Source of the DNA: an uncultured Actinomycetes bacterium
GTDB lineage: Bacteria > Actinomycetota > UBA4738 > HRBIN12
Reading direction: 5' to 3'
Assembly: GCA_963704725.1 (NCBI GenBank)
Contig: OY969934.1
Location: 576,001-640,000 of the forward strand
Length of the DNA: 64,000 bases
The notes under the pieces were generated by a model that was not told the origin of the DNA, ran no database searches, and worked only from the letters and a program-made list of their open reading frames with translations. Made by a program: the position numbers and the translations under genes. Positions 39,418 through 49,494 of this stretch are shown here, in pieces. Position 1 is the first letter of the stretch; every line of letters begins with the position of its first letter.

Positions 39418-39909
39418 TCAGGGGAGGTCGCGGTGCATGATGAACTCGGCCAGGGACGGGTTCGAGTCCAGCGGCTGGCGGTCCGTGCCGGGGCGGAAGC
39501 CGCGGGACTCGTAGAGGTGGATGGCCGGGGCGTTCGTCTCGGTGACCCAGAGGTCGATGCGGTCGAAGGCGTGGGTCTGTGCCCATCGGATGGCCGCGTC
39601 GACGAGGAGCGTGCCGACACCTCGGCCGCGGACCGCGGGATCGACCCACATGGAGACGAGGTGGGCGGTTGCCGTGTCGTCGTCGCTGGGGAAGACGCCG
39701 ACGATGCCGAGCCAGGCCTGCTCGTCGAGGGCGGCGAAGGAAGCGCCGTCGGATCGCTCGAGTCGTGTTCGCCAGTAGGCGTCCGGGCGCGTTCGCTCGT
39801 CCTGCACCTTCGACGAGAACGCGAAGGGCGCGTCGGCGAGCGCCCGAAGGCGGACCTCCTTGAAGCGCTCCCATTCGTCCTGGTCGATCCGGCGGACGAC
39901 GATCGTCAT
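39418..39909 (-). CDS. GNAT acetyltransferase
   Basis: RLRALADAPFAF, SMWVDPAVRGRGVG, NAPAIHLYESRGF. Confidence 0.9.
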   Translation of the reverse strand: MTIVVRRIDQDEWERFKEVRLRALADAPFAFSSKVQDERTRPDAYWRTRLERSDGASFAALDEQAWLGIVGVFPSDDDTATAHLVSMWVDPAVRGRGVGTLLVDAAIRWAQTHAFDRIDLWVTETNAPAIHLYESRGFRPGTDRQPLDSNPSLAEFIMHRDLP

Positions 39910-39962
39910 CGCGCGAGGGTAGCCGGGCCGCCGACCGCGGGTCTTCCCGACCGGCGTCGACG

Positions 39963-40286
39963 TCAGGTCACCGTTCGCACCCGCTCCCGGCGGACCGCCG
40001 CCGCCACGAACAGCGCGATCGACGGCACATACGCGACGCCGACCCAGCCGATCAGGAGCACGGCCGCGGTCGCCGACACCAGGCCCGCGGCCACCCCCGC
40101 GGCGATCCTGCTCGACGAGCGTCGGAGCGCCAGCGCACCACCCGCGATCGCAGGCATGAGGATGACGACGACCCCCGGCTTGCCGATCGCCAGGATGCGC
40201 ACGAGCAGGATCCCGCTCACCCCCAGCGCCATGACGGCGCCGACCCATGCGGAGCGCTCCCGCCCGGTCGCACGTGTGATCCCCAT
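39963..40286 (-). CDS. small membrane protein
   Basis: 107 aa with about four hydrophobic segments; CACACT -10 six nt before ATG. Confidence 0.6.
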   Translation of the reverse strand: MGITRATGRERSAWVGAVMALGVSGILLVRILAIGKPGVVVILMPAIAGGALALRRSSSRIAAGVAAGLVSATAAVLLIGWVGVAYVPSIALFVAAAVRRERVRTVT

Positions 40287-40330
40287 GTCGCGAGTGTGCG
40301 CTCAAGACGTGCGACCCGCCAGGTGGGGCG

Positions 40331-40490
40331 CCGGCGGCGACCGGCGGGCGGGGAGGGCGGTCGCCCCGGGCGTCGTCGAGCGGAGCCGAAGCCGACGGAC
40401 GTCGACGAGCACGGACCACGCGCGTAGGCGGAGACGAGCAGCCCGGGGCGATCCCCCGACCTCAGCCCGCCCCCCCGACCCCCACACGAA
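40331..40490 (+). repeat. structured ~160-nt repeat, copy 2 (inverted relative to copy 1)
   Basis: Stem 40355-40371/40441-40457 and outer stem 40343-40349/40465-40471, with compensatory changes versus copy 1. Confidence 0.85.
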
Positions 40491-40533
40491 CCCCTCCCAC
40501 CCGTCGTAGAATCACACGCCTGTCATTCCCACC

Positions 40534-40575
40534 TGATACACAGATACCCACAGGGTTCTCCACATGTGGAATCGC
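40534..40575. promoter_or_regulatory. cluster of degenerate DnaA-box-like 9-mers upstream of dnaB
   Basis: TGATACACA 40534, ATACCCACA 40544, TTCTCCACA 40556, TGTGGAATC 40565 in a locally AT-richer tract. Confidence 0.55.
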
Positions 40576-40716
40576 AGGTGGAAGGCACAGTGACAAGGAA
40601 TCTCGGCCCGCGACCAGGGGTGGAGGTTTCCCCATGCGTTATCCGCTGCGGTCCTTGCCACGGCGGGGCTAGGGTTCCGCCCGGTCGGGCCGGGCGCGAG
40701 GGGGAGGGGCGAGTTC

Positions 40717-42069
40717 GTGGTGCGCGTCGTTGAGGACGTCCGGCGGATCCGGCCGGATCGCGTCCCTCCTCACAACCTCGAGGCCGAGGAGTCGGTGCTC
40801 GGGGCCATGATGCTGTCGGCGGAGGCCATCGCCGACGTCGTCGAGATCGTCCGCCCGGCCGACTTCTATCGCGGGGCCAACGCGAAGGTCTTCGACACCC
40901 TGCGCGAGATCTACGGCCGCGGCGACCCCGTCGACGCCGTCACGGCGGTCGAGGAGCTCAAGCGCCGGACGCTCCTCGAAGAGGTCGGGGGTCACCTGTA
41001 CATCTCCGAGCTCGTGGAGCGCGTGCCCACGCCCGCCGCCGCGGCCTCGTACGCGCGGATCGTCGCGGAGACCGCGCTCCTTCGTCGGCTGATCTCGGCG
41101 GCGGGCGACATCATGGAGTTGGCCTACTCGGCCCCGGAGGAACCCGAGGCCGTGGCCGATCAGGCCGAGCAGCGGATCTACGACGTCGCGCGACACGACG
41201 AGAAGGATCAGGTCGCCTCGCTCCGCGACCTCGTCGACCAGGCCATGACCGACCTGGAGCGGATCCAGAACCGCGAGTCGGCGTTCGCCGGCGTGCCGAC
41301 GGGGTTCCGCGACGTCGACTCGCTCCTGTCGGGCCTGCAGGCCGGCAACCTCATCGTCGTCGCCGCCCGGCCGGGCGTCGGCAAGTCCTCGTTCGTCACC
41401 AACCTGGCGCGAAACGTCGCCGTCGACGGCACGACGCCGGTGGCGATGTTCTCCCTCGAGATGTCGCGATGGGAGATCGGCATGCGCCTGCTGTGCGCCG
41501 AGGCCCGCGTGCCGTGGGACCTGATCCGCAACAAGCGGGTCGGCGCCGAGGACTGGTCGCGGATCGCCCAGGCCGCCGACGTCCTGCACGAGGCTCCGCT
41601 GTTCATCGTCGACTCGGGCAACGTGACCCTCGTCGACATCCGGGCCAAGGCGCGGCGGCTCGCCGCGCGGCCGGCGGGGCTGGGCCTCATCATCGTCGAC
41701 TACCTGCAACTGATGTCGCACACGCGTCGCGTGGACAACCGTCAGCAGGAGATCGCCGAGATCAGCCGGGGGCTCAAGATGCTCGCCAAGGAGCTCTCGA
41801 TCCCCGTGATCTCCGTCTCGCAGCTCAACCGCGATCCCGAGCGCCGGCAGGACAAGCGCCCGCAGCTCTCGGACCTCCGCGAGTCCGGCGCCATCGAGCA
41901 GGACGCGGACGTGGTCATGTTCATCCACCGCGACGACAGCGACCCTTCGAAGAAGGGGCTCGCCGACCTCATCGTGGCCAAGCACCGCAACGGCCCGACC
42001 GATACGATCCCGCTCACGTTCCTCCCGCACCTGACGCAGTTCCGGAGCTTCGCTCCGCCATCCGCGTAG
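40717..42069 (+). CDS. dnaB: replicative DNA helicase
   Basis: PPHNLEAEESVLG, AARPGVGKS, IVDYLQL, SQLNR, KHRNGP; no intein. Confidence 0.97.
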   Translation: MVRVVEDVRRIRPDRVPPHNLEAEESVLGAMMLSAEAIADVVEIVRPADFYRGANAKVFDTLREIYGRGDPVDAVTAVEELKRRTLLEEVGGHLYISELVERVPTPAAAASYARIVAETALLRRLISAAGDIMELAYSAPEEPEAVADQAEQRIYDVARHDEKDQVASLRDLVDQAMTDLERIQNRESAFAGVPTGFRDVDSLLSGLQAGNLIVVAARPGVGKSSFVTNLARNVAVDGTTPVAMFSLEMSRWEIGMRLLCAEARVPWDLIRNKRVGAEDWSRIAQAADVLHEAPLFIVDSGNVTLVDIRAKARRLAARPAGLGLIIVDYLQLMSHTRRVDNRQQEIAEISRGLKMLAKELSIPVISVSQLNRDPERRQDKRPQLSDLRESGAIEQDADVVMFIHRDDSDPSKKGLADLIVAKHRNGPTDTIPLTFLPHLTQFRSFAPPSA

Positions 42070-42092
42070 CGGTCGCGTAGGCTGCGCGCGCC

Positions 42093-42788
42093 ATGGCGGT
42101 CGACCGGCGACGGGTGCGCGCGATCCACCGGCGCCTCGAGCGGCAGTTCGGCGAGCTGCTTCCCCCGCGCCGGAGCGACCCCCTCGCCGAGCTGATCCTC
42201 ACCGTGCTGTCCCAGCACACGAGCGACCTGAACGCCGAGCGGGCGTTCGACAGCCTCCGGCGCACCTTCCCGGGGTGGGACGAGGTGGTCCGGGCCCGGG
42301 CCGGTGCGGTGGCCGACGCGATCCGCTCCGGGGGGCTGGCGAACACCAAGGCGCCCCGGATCCAGGCGATCCTGCGCGAGGTGCGCGACCGCGAGGGCCG
42401 GTACGACCTGAGCCGGCTCCGCGAGATGGACGACCGCGAGGCCACGGGGTACCTCTCCGCCCTTCCCGGTGTGGGTCCCAAGACGGCGGCCGTGGTGCTC
42501 GCGTTCTCGCTGGGCAGAGACGCCATGCCCGTAGACACCCACGTCCATCGGGTGACGGCACGGCTCGGGTGGATCGATGCGGGGACGAACGCCGAGCGAG
42601 CCCATCGGGTGCTCGAGGAGCTCGTCCCGGCCGAGATCCGCGTCCCCATCCACGTCGGCCTGATCCGGTTGGGGCGGGAGATCTGCAGGGCGGGCCGGCC
42701 GCGGTGCGAGGTTTGCCCGCTGTTCGAGCTCTGCCCCACCGGCGTCGTCGTCCTGGGGCGGGGGGACGAGTCCGACCGTCGCCGGTGA
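42093..42788 (+). CDS. endonuclease III-like HhH-GPD glycosylase
   Basis: LPGVGPKTA, PVDTHVHR, C-x6-C-x2-C-x5-C Fe-S motif. Confidence 0.9.
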   Translation: MAVDRRRVRAIHRRLERQFGELLPPRRSDPLAELILTVLSQHTSDLNAERAFDSLRRTFPGWDEVVRARAGAVADAIRSGGLANTKAPRIQAILREVRDREGRYDLSRLREMDDREATGYLSALPGVGPKTAAVVLAFSLGRDAMPVDTHVHRVTARLGWIDAGTNAERAHRVLEELVPAEIRVPIHVGLIRLGREICRAGRPRCEVCPLFELCPTGVVVLGRGDESDRRR

Positions 42789-43095
42789 CGAACGGATCGC
42801 GACGTCGCGCGTATCCTTGCGCCGGATGGCCGGCGGGTTGGCTCCGCGCGCTCGGGCTCGGGACGACGTGACCCCTCTCCTGATCGTGCTCGTCGTCCTC
42901 CTCCTGGGCCCGTGGATCCTCGAGCCCGCCACCCCGCGGGTCCGCCGCACCACCCGAGCCGTCGCCGCGAGCCCCTGCCCTCCGCTCGGCGCCGCGACCA
43001 CCGCCTCGTCTCGACGAACGACCGGCCGGTAGTCCTCGGTCGGTCCGTTCGGGGCGCGCTTCGGCCGCCCCCTTCACGAAACGAGGTGCCGAACC

Positions 43096-43305
43096 ATGGA
43101 GCCGTCCCGGCATGAACGCCGATCTCGAGCGGTTCGATTCCTCCTCGAGGTCGCCGCGGAGCTCACGAGGGTCGTGTGGCCCGCCCGCAGGGAGGTGGTC
43201 ATCCTCACGATCGTCGTGGTCGCGACGGTCGCGGTCCTCACGTCGTTCGTCTTTCTCCTCGATGCCGTGTTCGCCCGGCTCGTCCTGAGGGTCCTCGGCG
43301 GATGA
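43096..43305 (+). CDS. SecE-like protein
   Basis: FLLEVAAELTRVVWPARRE followed by one TM helix; GAGGTG RBS. Confidence 0.7.
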   Translation: MEPSRHERRSRAVRFLLEVAAELTRVVWPARREVVILTIVVVATVAVLTSFVFLLDAVFARLVLRVLGG

Positions 43306-43360
43306 GCGAGTCGTCGCGGCCGCGACGGCCGGGCCGATGGCCGAGGTTATGCTGCCCGCG

Positions 43361-44362
43361 ATGGCGATCTTCCTCGGCGTGGACGGCGGCGCGAGCATCA
43401 CCCGCGCCGTCGTGGCGGACGAGGGGTATCGGACGCTCGGCGCGGGCGTCGCCGGCGGGTCGAACTGGCCGCTGGTCGGGATCTTCGCCGCCGGTCAGGC
43501 CATCAAGGATGCAGCCGAGAAGGCCCTGTCCGCGTCGGGGAAGTCCGCGGCGGACGTCGACGCCGCGTACTTCGGGCTCGCCGGGGTGGACTGGCCCTCC
43601 GACGTCGATCGCCTGGGCGGGGTGCTCTTCCAGCTCGGGCTGCGCGGCAAGACGGAGATCACCAACGACTCGTTCATCGCCCTGCGCGCCGGGACGAGTG
43701 GCCCCTCGGGCGTGGTCGTGATCGCGGGATCCGGGTCGGTCGCGGCGGGGCGGAACGCACGGGGCGAGGTCTTCCGTACTCTCGGCCTCGGGCCGGACTA
43801 CGGCGAGCTCGGCGGGGAGACCGACATCTCGGTGGCCGCGATCCGCGCCGTGGCGGTCGAGTACACGGGCCGGGGACCCAGGACCGCGCTGACCGAGCGC
43901 ATCTGCGCGGCCGCCGCGTGCCCCTCGGCCGGCGAGCTCCTGGAGCGGGTGAACCGGGGGCTCGCGAACCCCGAGGGTTTCGCCCCCGATCGATTGGCGT
44001 CCGTCGTCTTCGCCGCCGCCGAGGCCGGGGACGCGGTGGCTCGCGAGATCGCGACGCGCGCCGGCACCTCGCTCGGCGAGTCGGTGGCCCTCGTCATCCG
44101 GCGGCTCTCGATGAGCGCCGAGCCCGTCGAGGTCGTCTGCGCCGGCGAGCTCATGCAGATGGCGCACCCGGCGCTACGCGATCCGTTCGAATCCGTCACG
44201 CGCCGCGCGGCTTCGAGCGCCTCCTTCGTCACGCTCCAGACGCCGCCGGCGGCCGGCGCCGTCCTGCTGGCGATGGAGTTGGCCGGGATCTCCACCACCG
44301 AGAGCGGCCGCTCCACCCTCGGGATGACCGCGGGAACCGCCCTGCGTCAGGTGGGCGGATAG
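43361..44362 (+). CDS. BadF/BadG-type sugar (GlcNAc-like) kinase
   Basis: FLGVDGGASITRA, TNDS, VIAGSGS; TATGCT -10 seven nt before ATG 43361. Confidence 0.85.
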   Translation: MAIFLGVDGGASITRAVVADEGYRTLGAGVAGGSNWPLVGIFAAGQAIKDAAEKALSASGKSAADVDAAYFGLAGVDWPSDVDRLGGVLFQLGLRGKTEITNDSFIALRAGTSGPSGVVVIAGSGSVAAGRNARGEVFRTLGLGPDYGELGGETDISVAAIRAVAVEYTGRGPRTALTERICAAAACPSAGELLERVNRGLANPEGFAPDRLASVVFAAAEAGDAVAREIATRAGTSLGESVALVIRRLSMSAEPVEVVCAGELMQMAHPALRDPFESVTRRAASSASFVTLQTPPAAGAVLLAMELAGISTTESGRSTLGMTAGTALRQVGG

Positions 44363-44415
44363 CGCCGGTCTCCGTCCGAAGGCCGAGCCGAGCCGGGGAC
44401 GGAGGAACGAGAGAG

Positions 44416-44486
44416 AGCGGGCGAGGGGAATCGGACCCCCGTCTCGAGCTTGGGAAGCTCGCGTTCTGCCATTGAACCACGCCCGC
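44416..44486 (-). tRNA. tRNA-Gly (CCC)
   Basis: GCGGGCG acceptor, CGAGC-TTCCCAA-GCTCG anticodon arm, T loop variant GTCCGATTC; no encoded CCA. Confidence 0.92.
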
Positions 44487-44569
44487 GCGGCCCGCTCGCC
44501 GAGGCGAGCGGATCGCCAGTGTACCGAGCGTCGCGTGGCGCCGGGAACACCTGCTAGCCTCCGGGCCCG

Positions 44570-45598
44570 ATGGCCGACGTGGACCCCGACTTCTGGCCGC
44601 GGGCGCTCTCGAGGATCGCGGCGCACGAGGCGCTCACGGCCGACGAGTCCGCCGAGGCGATGCGGCAGGTGATGTCGGGGGAGGCCACGCCGATCCAGCT
44701 GGGCGGCCTGTTGATGGCGCTTCGCACGAAGGGCGAGACCGTCGACGAGATCGAGGGGTTCGCCCGCACGATGCTGGCGTTCGCGAACCCCGTCCGCCCG
44801 CCGTCGCCCGTCGTCGACACCTGCGGGACCGGCGGGGACCGCAGCGGCACGTTCAACATCTCGACGGTCGCGGCGATCGTCGTCGCCGGCGCCGGCGTCC
44901 CGGTGGCCAAGCACGGCAACCGCGCGGCCTCCTCGCAGTGCGGCTCGGCGGACCTGCTCGAGGCGCTCGGCGTGCGGATCGAGCTCGAGCCGGAGGGCGT
45001 CGAACGATGCCTGGCGGAGGCCGGCATCGCGTTCATGTTCGCGCCCGTGTTCCACCCGGCGATGCGCCACGCCACGCCCGTGCGCCGGGAGCTCCGCGTG
45101 CCCACGGTCTTCAACTTCCTCGGACCGCTCACGAACCCGGCGGGTCCCTACGCGCAGGTGGTGGGGGTCTCCGATCCGCGCATGGTGCCGTTGATGGCGG
45201 AGGTGTTGGCCCGGCGAGGGGTGCGCGCCCGCGTCTTCCGGGGCGCCGACGGGCTCGACGAGCTCACGACGACGGGGCCGTCGACGGTGTACGACGTCGC
45301 CGACGGGGGGGTCCGGCAGTCGACCTTTTCACCGGAGGACTTCGGGGTTTCGTCGGCCTCGCCGGAGGACCTGCTGGGCGGCGACGTCGACCGCGCCGTG
45401 GAGGTCGCGCGGTCGATCCTCGGCGGCGAGCCCGGCCCCAAGCGCGACGTGGTCCTGGTCAACGCGGCCGCGGCGCTCGAGGTCGCCGGGAGCGCGCCCT
45501 CCTTCGCCGAGGCCCTGGACCTCGCGGCCCGCTCGATCGACTCCGGCGCGGCCGCTGCGACCCTGCACCGATGGATCGCGGTCTCGCGGACCGGGTAG
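44570..45598 (+). CDS. trpD: anthranilate phosphoribosyltransferase
   Basis: DTCGTGGD, NIST, KHGNRAASS, GLDEL. Confidence 0.95.
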   Translation: MADVDPDFWPRALSRIAAHEALTADESAEAMRQVMSGEATPIQLGGLLMALRTKGETVDEIEGFARTMLAFANPVRPPSPVVDTCGTGGDRSGTFNISTVAAIVVAGAGVPVAKHGNRAASSQCGSADLLEALGVRIELEPEGVERCLAEAGIAFMFAPVFHPAMRHATPVRRELRVPTVFNFLGPLTNPAGPYAQVVGVSDPRMVPLMAEVLARRGVRARVFRGADGLDELTTTGPSTVYDVADGGVRQSTFSPEDFGVSSASPEDLLGGDVDRAVEVARSILGGEPGPKRDVVLVNAAAALEVAGSAPSFAEALDLAARSIDSGAAAATLHRWIAVSRTG

Positions 45599-45610
45599 CA
45601 TCGCCCGGCG

Positions 45611-46189
45611 ATGATCCTGTCGGACGTCGACATCCGCAAGGAGCTCGCCGCGGGGCGGATCCGGATCGATCCCTTCGACGAGACGTGCGTGCAGCCGTCC
45701 TCGGTCGACCTCCACGTCGATTCGCAGTTCCGCGTGTTCGCGAACTCGCGCTACCCGTACATCGACGTCCGCGCGCCGATGCCCGATCTCACCGAGCTCG
45801 TCGAGGTGAGCGGCGAGGACCCGTTCATCCTGCACCCCGGGGAGTTCGTCCTGGGCTCAACCCGCGAGCGGGTGGCGGTCCCGGACGACCTGGTGGCGAG
45901 GCTGGAGGGCAAGTCGTCGCTCGGGCGGCTCGGGCTGCTGATCCACTCGACCGCCGGCTACGTCGACCCGGGGTGGGACGGCTACCTCACGCTCGAGCTC
46001 TCGAACGTGGCCAACCTGCCGATCACGATCTACGCGGGCATGAAGATCGGACAGATCTCGTTCTTCCGCCTGTCGAGCCCGGCGGAGAACCCGTACGGCT
46101 CCACGGAGACGGGGAGCAAGTACCAGGGTCAGCGCGGGCCGACGGCCAGCCGGTTCTTCGAGGAGTTCCGGCGGCCCGGCGAGGGCTAA
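45611..46189 (+). CDS. dcd: dCTP deaminase
   Basis: [32 protein letters not shown]. Confidence 0.95.
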   Translation: MILSDVDIRKELAAGRIRIDPFDETCVQPSSVDLHVDSQFRVFANSRYPYIDVRAPMPDLTELVEVSGEDPFILHPGEFVLGSTRERVAVPDDLVARLEGKSSLGRLGLLIHSTAGYVDPGWDGYLTLELSNVANLPITIYAGMKIGQISFFRLSSPAENPYGSTETGSKYQGQRGPTASRFFEEFRRPGEG

Positions 46190-49100
46190 CCGTCGTTCAG
46201 ACGGGACAGCGCGTCCTGCGCCGCTGCGACGACGCCGGGGATCGGATCGCGGAGCAGCCCCATCAGCGCCTCGCGGGCGTTCGGGTCGCCCACCTCCGCG
46301 AGGAGCTGGGCGGACCGGGCTCGGATCCGCTCGTCGGGGTCGGACACCGATCGCAGCAGGGCGTTGACGGCGGCCGGTCCTCCGATCGCGCCGAGCGCCT
46401 CGACCCCTCGCAACCGCCGCTCGGGCTCGACCGCGTCGAGCCGGGAGAGGAACTCGTCGGGCTGAGAGATCCGCTGGAGCAGGTCGCCGACCGTGGGGAC
46501 CACGGCCGGGTTGTGCTGCATGAGGACGTCGATCAACAGCTCGACCGCGGGCGGCCCGATCCGCGTGAGCAGGTCGGTGGCCGCCTCGCGCAGCCTCGGG
46601 ACGGCCAGCACGCCGGCCAGCCGTCGTGCCACGGCCGGTGAGCTCCACTCGGTGAGCACGTGGCTCGTGACGTCCCGCACCCGCGGGTCGGGGTCGTTCA
46701 GGGCCGAGACCAGGAAGCCCAGCACCGCCTCGTCGTCGATCACGCCGAGGGCGCGAACGACCCCGATCCGAACCTCCGGGTCCGGATCGCCGAGCGCCTT
46801 GCCGAGCGCGTTGGCCGCGGCCGGGTCGTGGAGCCGGCCGAGCGCGACCGTCGCCGTGCGCCGGACCTGCGCCGCGGGATCGCCCAACGCCTGGATCGCG
46901 CCCTCGACGCAGCCGGGGCTCGCTCCCCACCCGCAGACCTCGACGGCGAGGATCCGTTCCTCCAGCTCGGGGGAGCGGAGCCGCTCGAGCGCGATCTGGG
47001 TGAGCGAGCCGCTCCGGACCCGCTCGAACGAGGCGATGATGTCGCCGCGCCCGGAGTCCGGGGCCCGCCGGAGCGCGGACCAGATGAGCTCGGGATCGGC
47101 GGCCCGCCCGGCCAGACGCTTCGACGCGGCCAGGCGTACCCGGTCGTCCTGATCCGAGAGTGAGGACGTGAGCGCGTCGATCGCCTCAGGGCCGTCGACG
47201 TCGGGCAGCGTCTCGATCGCGGTCGCGCGGACCTCGGGATCGGGATCGGACAGCGCCCGCACGATGACGGCCGCGGGGGGAGCGGTCGTGAGCTGGGAGA
47301 GCACGCGGACCGCCCGGGCCCGGACCACCGGCGAGACGTCGGTCTCGAGGGAGATCCGCACGACGTCCACGGCGGAGGGGTCCCCCGACTCGGCGAAGAC
47401 GTCCAGGATCGCCTGGCGCATGGGGGCCGACGGATCGTCCAGGTAGGGCCGCAGGTGCGGGAGGACCGGCGGGCCGCCGATCTGCCACAGCATCCGGATG
47501 GCCTCCGGCTGGGACGTCGGATGGACCTGGGGGAGCAGGGCGGCGAGCTGATCGGGCGGCATGACGAAGGACCTCAGGGCGTCGACGAGGCTGTGACGCG
47601 CGTCGACGGGGAGCACGGCCGCGGCGTCGAGGATGTCGGCGGCGCCCTCGACCAGGCGAAGCTGGTAGGCCGTCGAGGCGGCGAGCGAGAGCTGCCCCGC
47701 GTCGCCGGTGCCGATCGCGTCGCGTACCCAGGACGCGAGCGCGGCGCGGTCCATGCCGGCCAGCCCCGAGAGCGCCAGGTGGCGAACGGTCGCGTCGTCG
47801 TCGAGCAGCGCGCGCGCGAGCGAGGCGATCCGGTCGGTGCCGTCGTCGAGCTGGGGGGACTCGCCCAGCGGGATCCGCTCCCGCGCCGACTCGGCCTGAA
47901 GGAGCTCCTCGACCGCGGCGGTGGCCACCTCGCGGATCTCCTCGAGGGGATCTCCGTTGTGGGTGGCCAGCTCGCGGAGCACGTCCGGCGAGCGATCGTG
48001 CGAGAGCAGCCGGATCGCGCCGAGGCGGGGGACGTCCGGCCACGAGAGCGCGTCGAGGACGCGGTGCGACCCGAGCGCCAGCGCGAGCTGTCCCATGGCG
48101 GGACGCTCCTCCGGCAGCGGGCCGGGGTCGAGGTCGCCGACCGCCGCCAGCACGCGGCGCATCGCGTCGTCATCGACCGTCGACGCCGAGGTCACCTCGG
48201 GCAGCAGACGAAGGACCGCGCGGTGGGTGAGCGGCCAGTCACGGGCCACGAGCAGCGGCGCGATCTGGGCGACCTGGCCACGCTTGGCCGCGAGCTCGAC
48301 CGCGACCTCGCGCACCTCGTCGGTGGGGTCCTGCAGGGCCTGGCGGATCGCATCCTCCTGGACGCGGTCGGGGCGGCGGGCGAGCGTCTGCAGCGCCAGC
48401 CGACGGATGTCGGTCTCGGGATCGAGCAGCACGGCCTCGATCCGGTGCGTGTCGGCCTCGGACAGGTCGTGGGTCGCCAGCTCCTCGAGCGCGACCCGAC
48501 GCTCGTGCGGATCCGTGGAGACGAGGGAGGGAGCCGGCGGCTCGACGTCGACGGGAGCCTCGGCGGCCGGCTCGGGCTCGGCCGGCGGATGCGCCGGCAT
48601 CTCGAACGAGGGGGCCTGCTCGAAGCTCCCCGGATCCGCGTCGCCGAACGACGGAGCTTCGTCCTGCGGAACCGAGGCCTCGACACGATCCTCCGGGTGC
48701 GATCCCTCCTGGAGCCAGGACGCAGGGAGCTCGGCCGTGGGGTCGGCCACCTCGGGCGGAGCCTCCCGCGGCTCGAGGACCTCATCGAGGTCGCCCGGCG
48801 GCGCGAGCTCGGGGAGGTCGGCGAGCTCGGCATGCTCCGGCTCGACATCCCCGATCGTCTGGGACTGCTCGAACGGCTCCCCGGGCCGGTGCGTCTCGGC
48901 CTGCTCGAAGGCCGGGATCTCGTCGAGGTCGCGGCGCTCGGGCTCGACCTCGGCGGCGCCGTGCGTCTCCTCCAGGGGCGGTCCGGCGGGCACGCCCTCC
49001 TCGACGGGCGGAACCACGTGCAACCGGGGCGCGAGGTCGCCCTCGAACGGCGCGGCCGCGAACCGATCCTGCGGTGTGACGTCCGGTTCGCGCTCGTCCC

Positions 49101-49404
49101 GCTCGGGGCGATCCTCCTGGTGCTCCCATGGCTGCGGCGTGTCGGCCGCTTCCACGGCGGCGGCCTCGGCCTCCAGCGGTGCCGGCTCCTCGGGCTCGGG
49201 CTCCTGCCTCTCCTCGAGCTCCTCCTCCGGAGCGGCCAGGGGCTGCTGCCGCTCCGCGAGGGCCCGGAGGCTTCGATACCAGTCCTCTTCGTAGGCCTCG
49301 CGGTCGTCGCGTCCCGCCGACATGACGTCGGAGCCGTGCGACCTGGCGTCGTCGGTGCCGTCGGTCGAGCGAGACCCGAGCAGTCCTTGCTTGTCAGCCA
49401 TCAT
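46186..49404 (-). CDS. large HEAT/PBS-lyase repeat protein with acidic disordered N-terminus
   Basis: Many L-x-D-P-D-P-x-V-R...AL repeats after ~290 aa Glu/Pro-rich region. Confidence 0.88.
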   Translation of the reverse strand: MMADKQGLLGSRSTDGTDDARSHGSDVMSAGRDDREAYEEDWYRSLRALAERQQPLAAPEEELEERQEPEPEEPAPLEAEAAAVEAADTPQPWEHQEDRPERDEREPDVTPQDRFAAAPFEGDLAPRLHVVPPVEEGVPAGPPLEETHGAAEVEPERRDLDEIPAFEQAETHRPGEPFEQSQTIGDVEPEHAELADLPELAPPGDLDEVLEPREAPPEVADPTAELPASWLQEGSHPEDRVEASVPQDEAPSFGDADPGSFEQAPSFEMPAHPPAEPEPAAEAPVDVEPPAPSLVSTDPHERRVALEELATHDLSEADTHRIEAVLLDPETDIRRLALQTLARRPDRVQEDAIRQALQDPTDEVREVAVELAAKRGQVAQIAPLLVARDWPLTHRAVLRLLPEVTSASTVDDDAMRRVLAAVGDLDPGPLPEERPAMGQLALALGSHRVLDALSWPDVPRLGAIRLLSHDRSPDVLRELATHNGDPLEEIREVATAAVEELLQAESARERIPLGESPQLDDGTDRIASLARALLDDDATVRHLALSGLAGMDRAALASWVRDAIGTGDAGQLSLAASTAYQLRLVEGAADILDAAAVLPVDARHSLVDALRSFVMPPDQLAALLPQVHPTSQPEAIRMLWQIGGPPVLPHLRPYLDDPSAPMRQAILDVFAESGDPSAVDVVRISLETDVSPVVRARAVRVLSQLTTAPPAAVIVRALSDPDPEVRATAIETLPDVDGPEAIDALTSSLSDQDDRVRLAASKRLAGRAADPELIWSALRRAPDSGRGDIIASFERVRSGSLTQIALERLRSPELEERILAVEVCGWGASPGCVEGAIQALGDPAAQVRRTATVALGRLHDPAAANALGKALGDPDPEVRIGVVRALGVIDDEAVLGFLVSALNDPDPRVRDVTSHVLTEWSSPAVARRLAGVLAVPRLREAATDLLTRIGPPAVELLIDVLMQHNPAVVPTVGDLLQRISQPDEFLSRLDAVEPERRLRGVEALGAIGGPAAVNALLRSVSDPDERIRARSAQLLAEVGDPNAREALMGLLRDPIPGVVAAAQDALSRLNDG

Positions 49405-49494
49405 CCGCCTCGCGGGCTCGCCGTCGCATCTCCCGAACCGATCGGAGCGCCGGCCCCCGCCGTCGCTCGCTCCCTTCCGTGACTCGCCGGCCCG

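Noticed and set aside
40500-40660. Possible oriC
   Set aside because: No dnaA/dnaN adjacent, boxes are degenerate and no clear unwinding element is present
42868-43032. Leu/Val/Ile-rich short ORF as an attenuator leader peptide
   Set aside because: Downstream genes are not branched-chain amino acid biosynthetic and no terminator/antiterminator pair was found
19622-43051. Exact 16-mer TCGGTCGGTCCGTTCG at 43036-43051 and inverted at 19622-19637, plus loose GGnCG-CGnCC palindromes near 31664, 35070 and 51300
   Set aside because: Could be NarL-type boxes, but short GC-rich matches are expected by chance and spacing to starts is inconsistent
44370-44405. Hairpin CTCCGTCC...GGACGGAG with GCCGAGCCGAGCCG loop after tRNA-Gly as a third repeat copy
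   Set aside because: Only weak resemblance to the 160-nt element; adequately explained as a terminator-like stem between convergent genes
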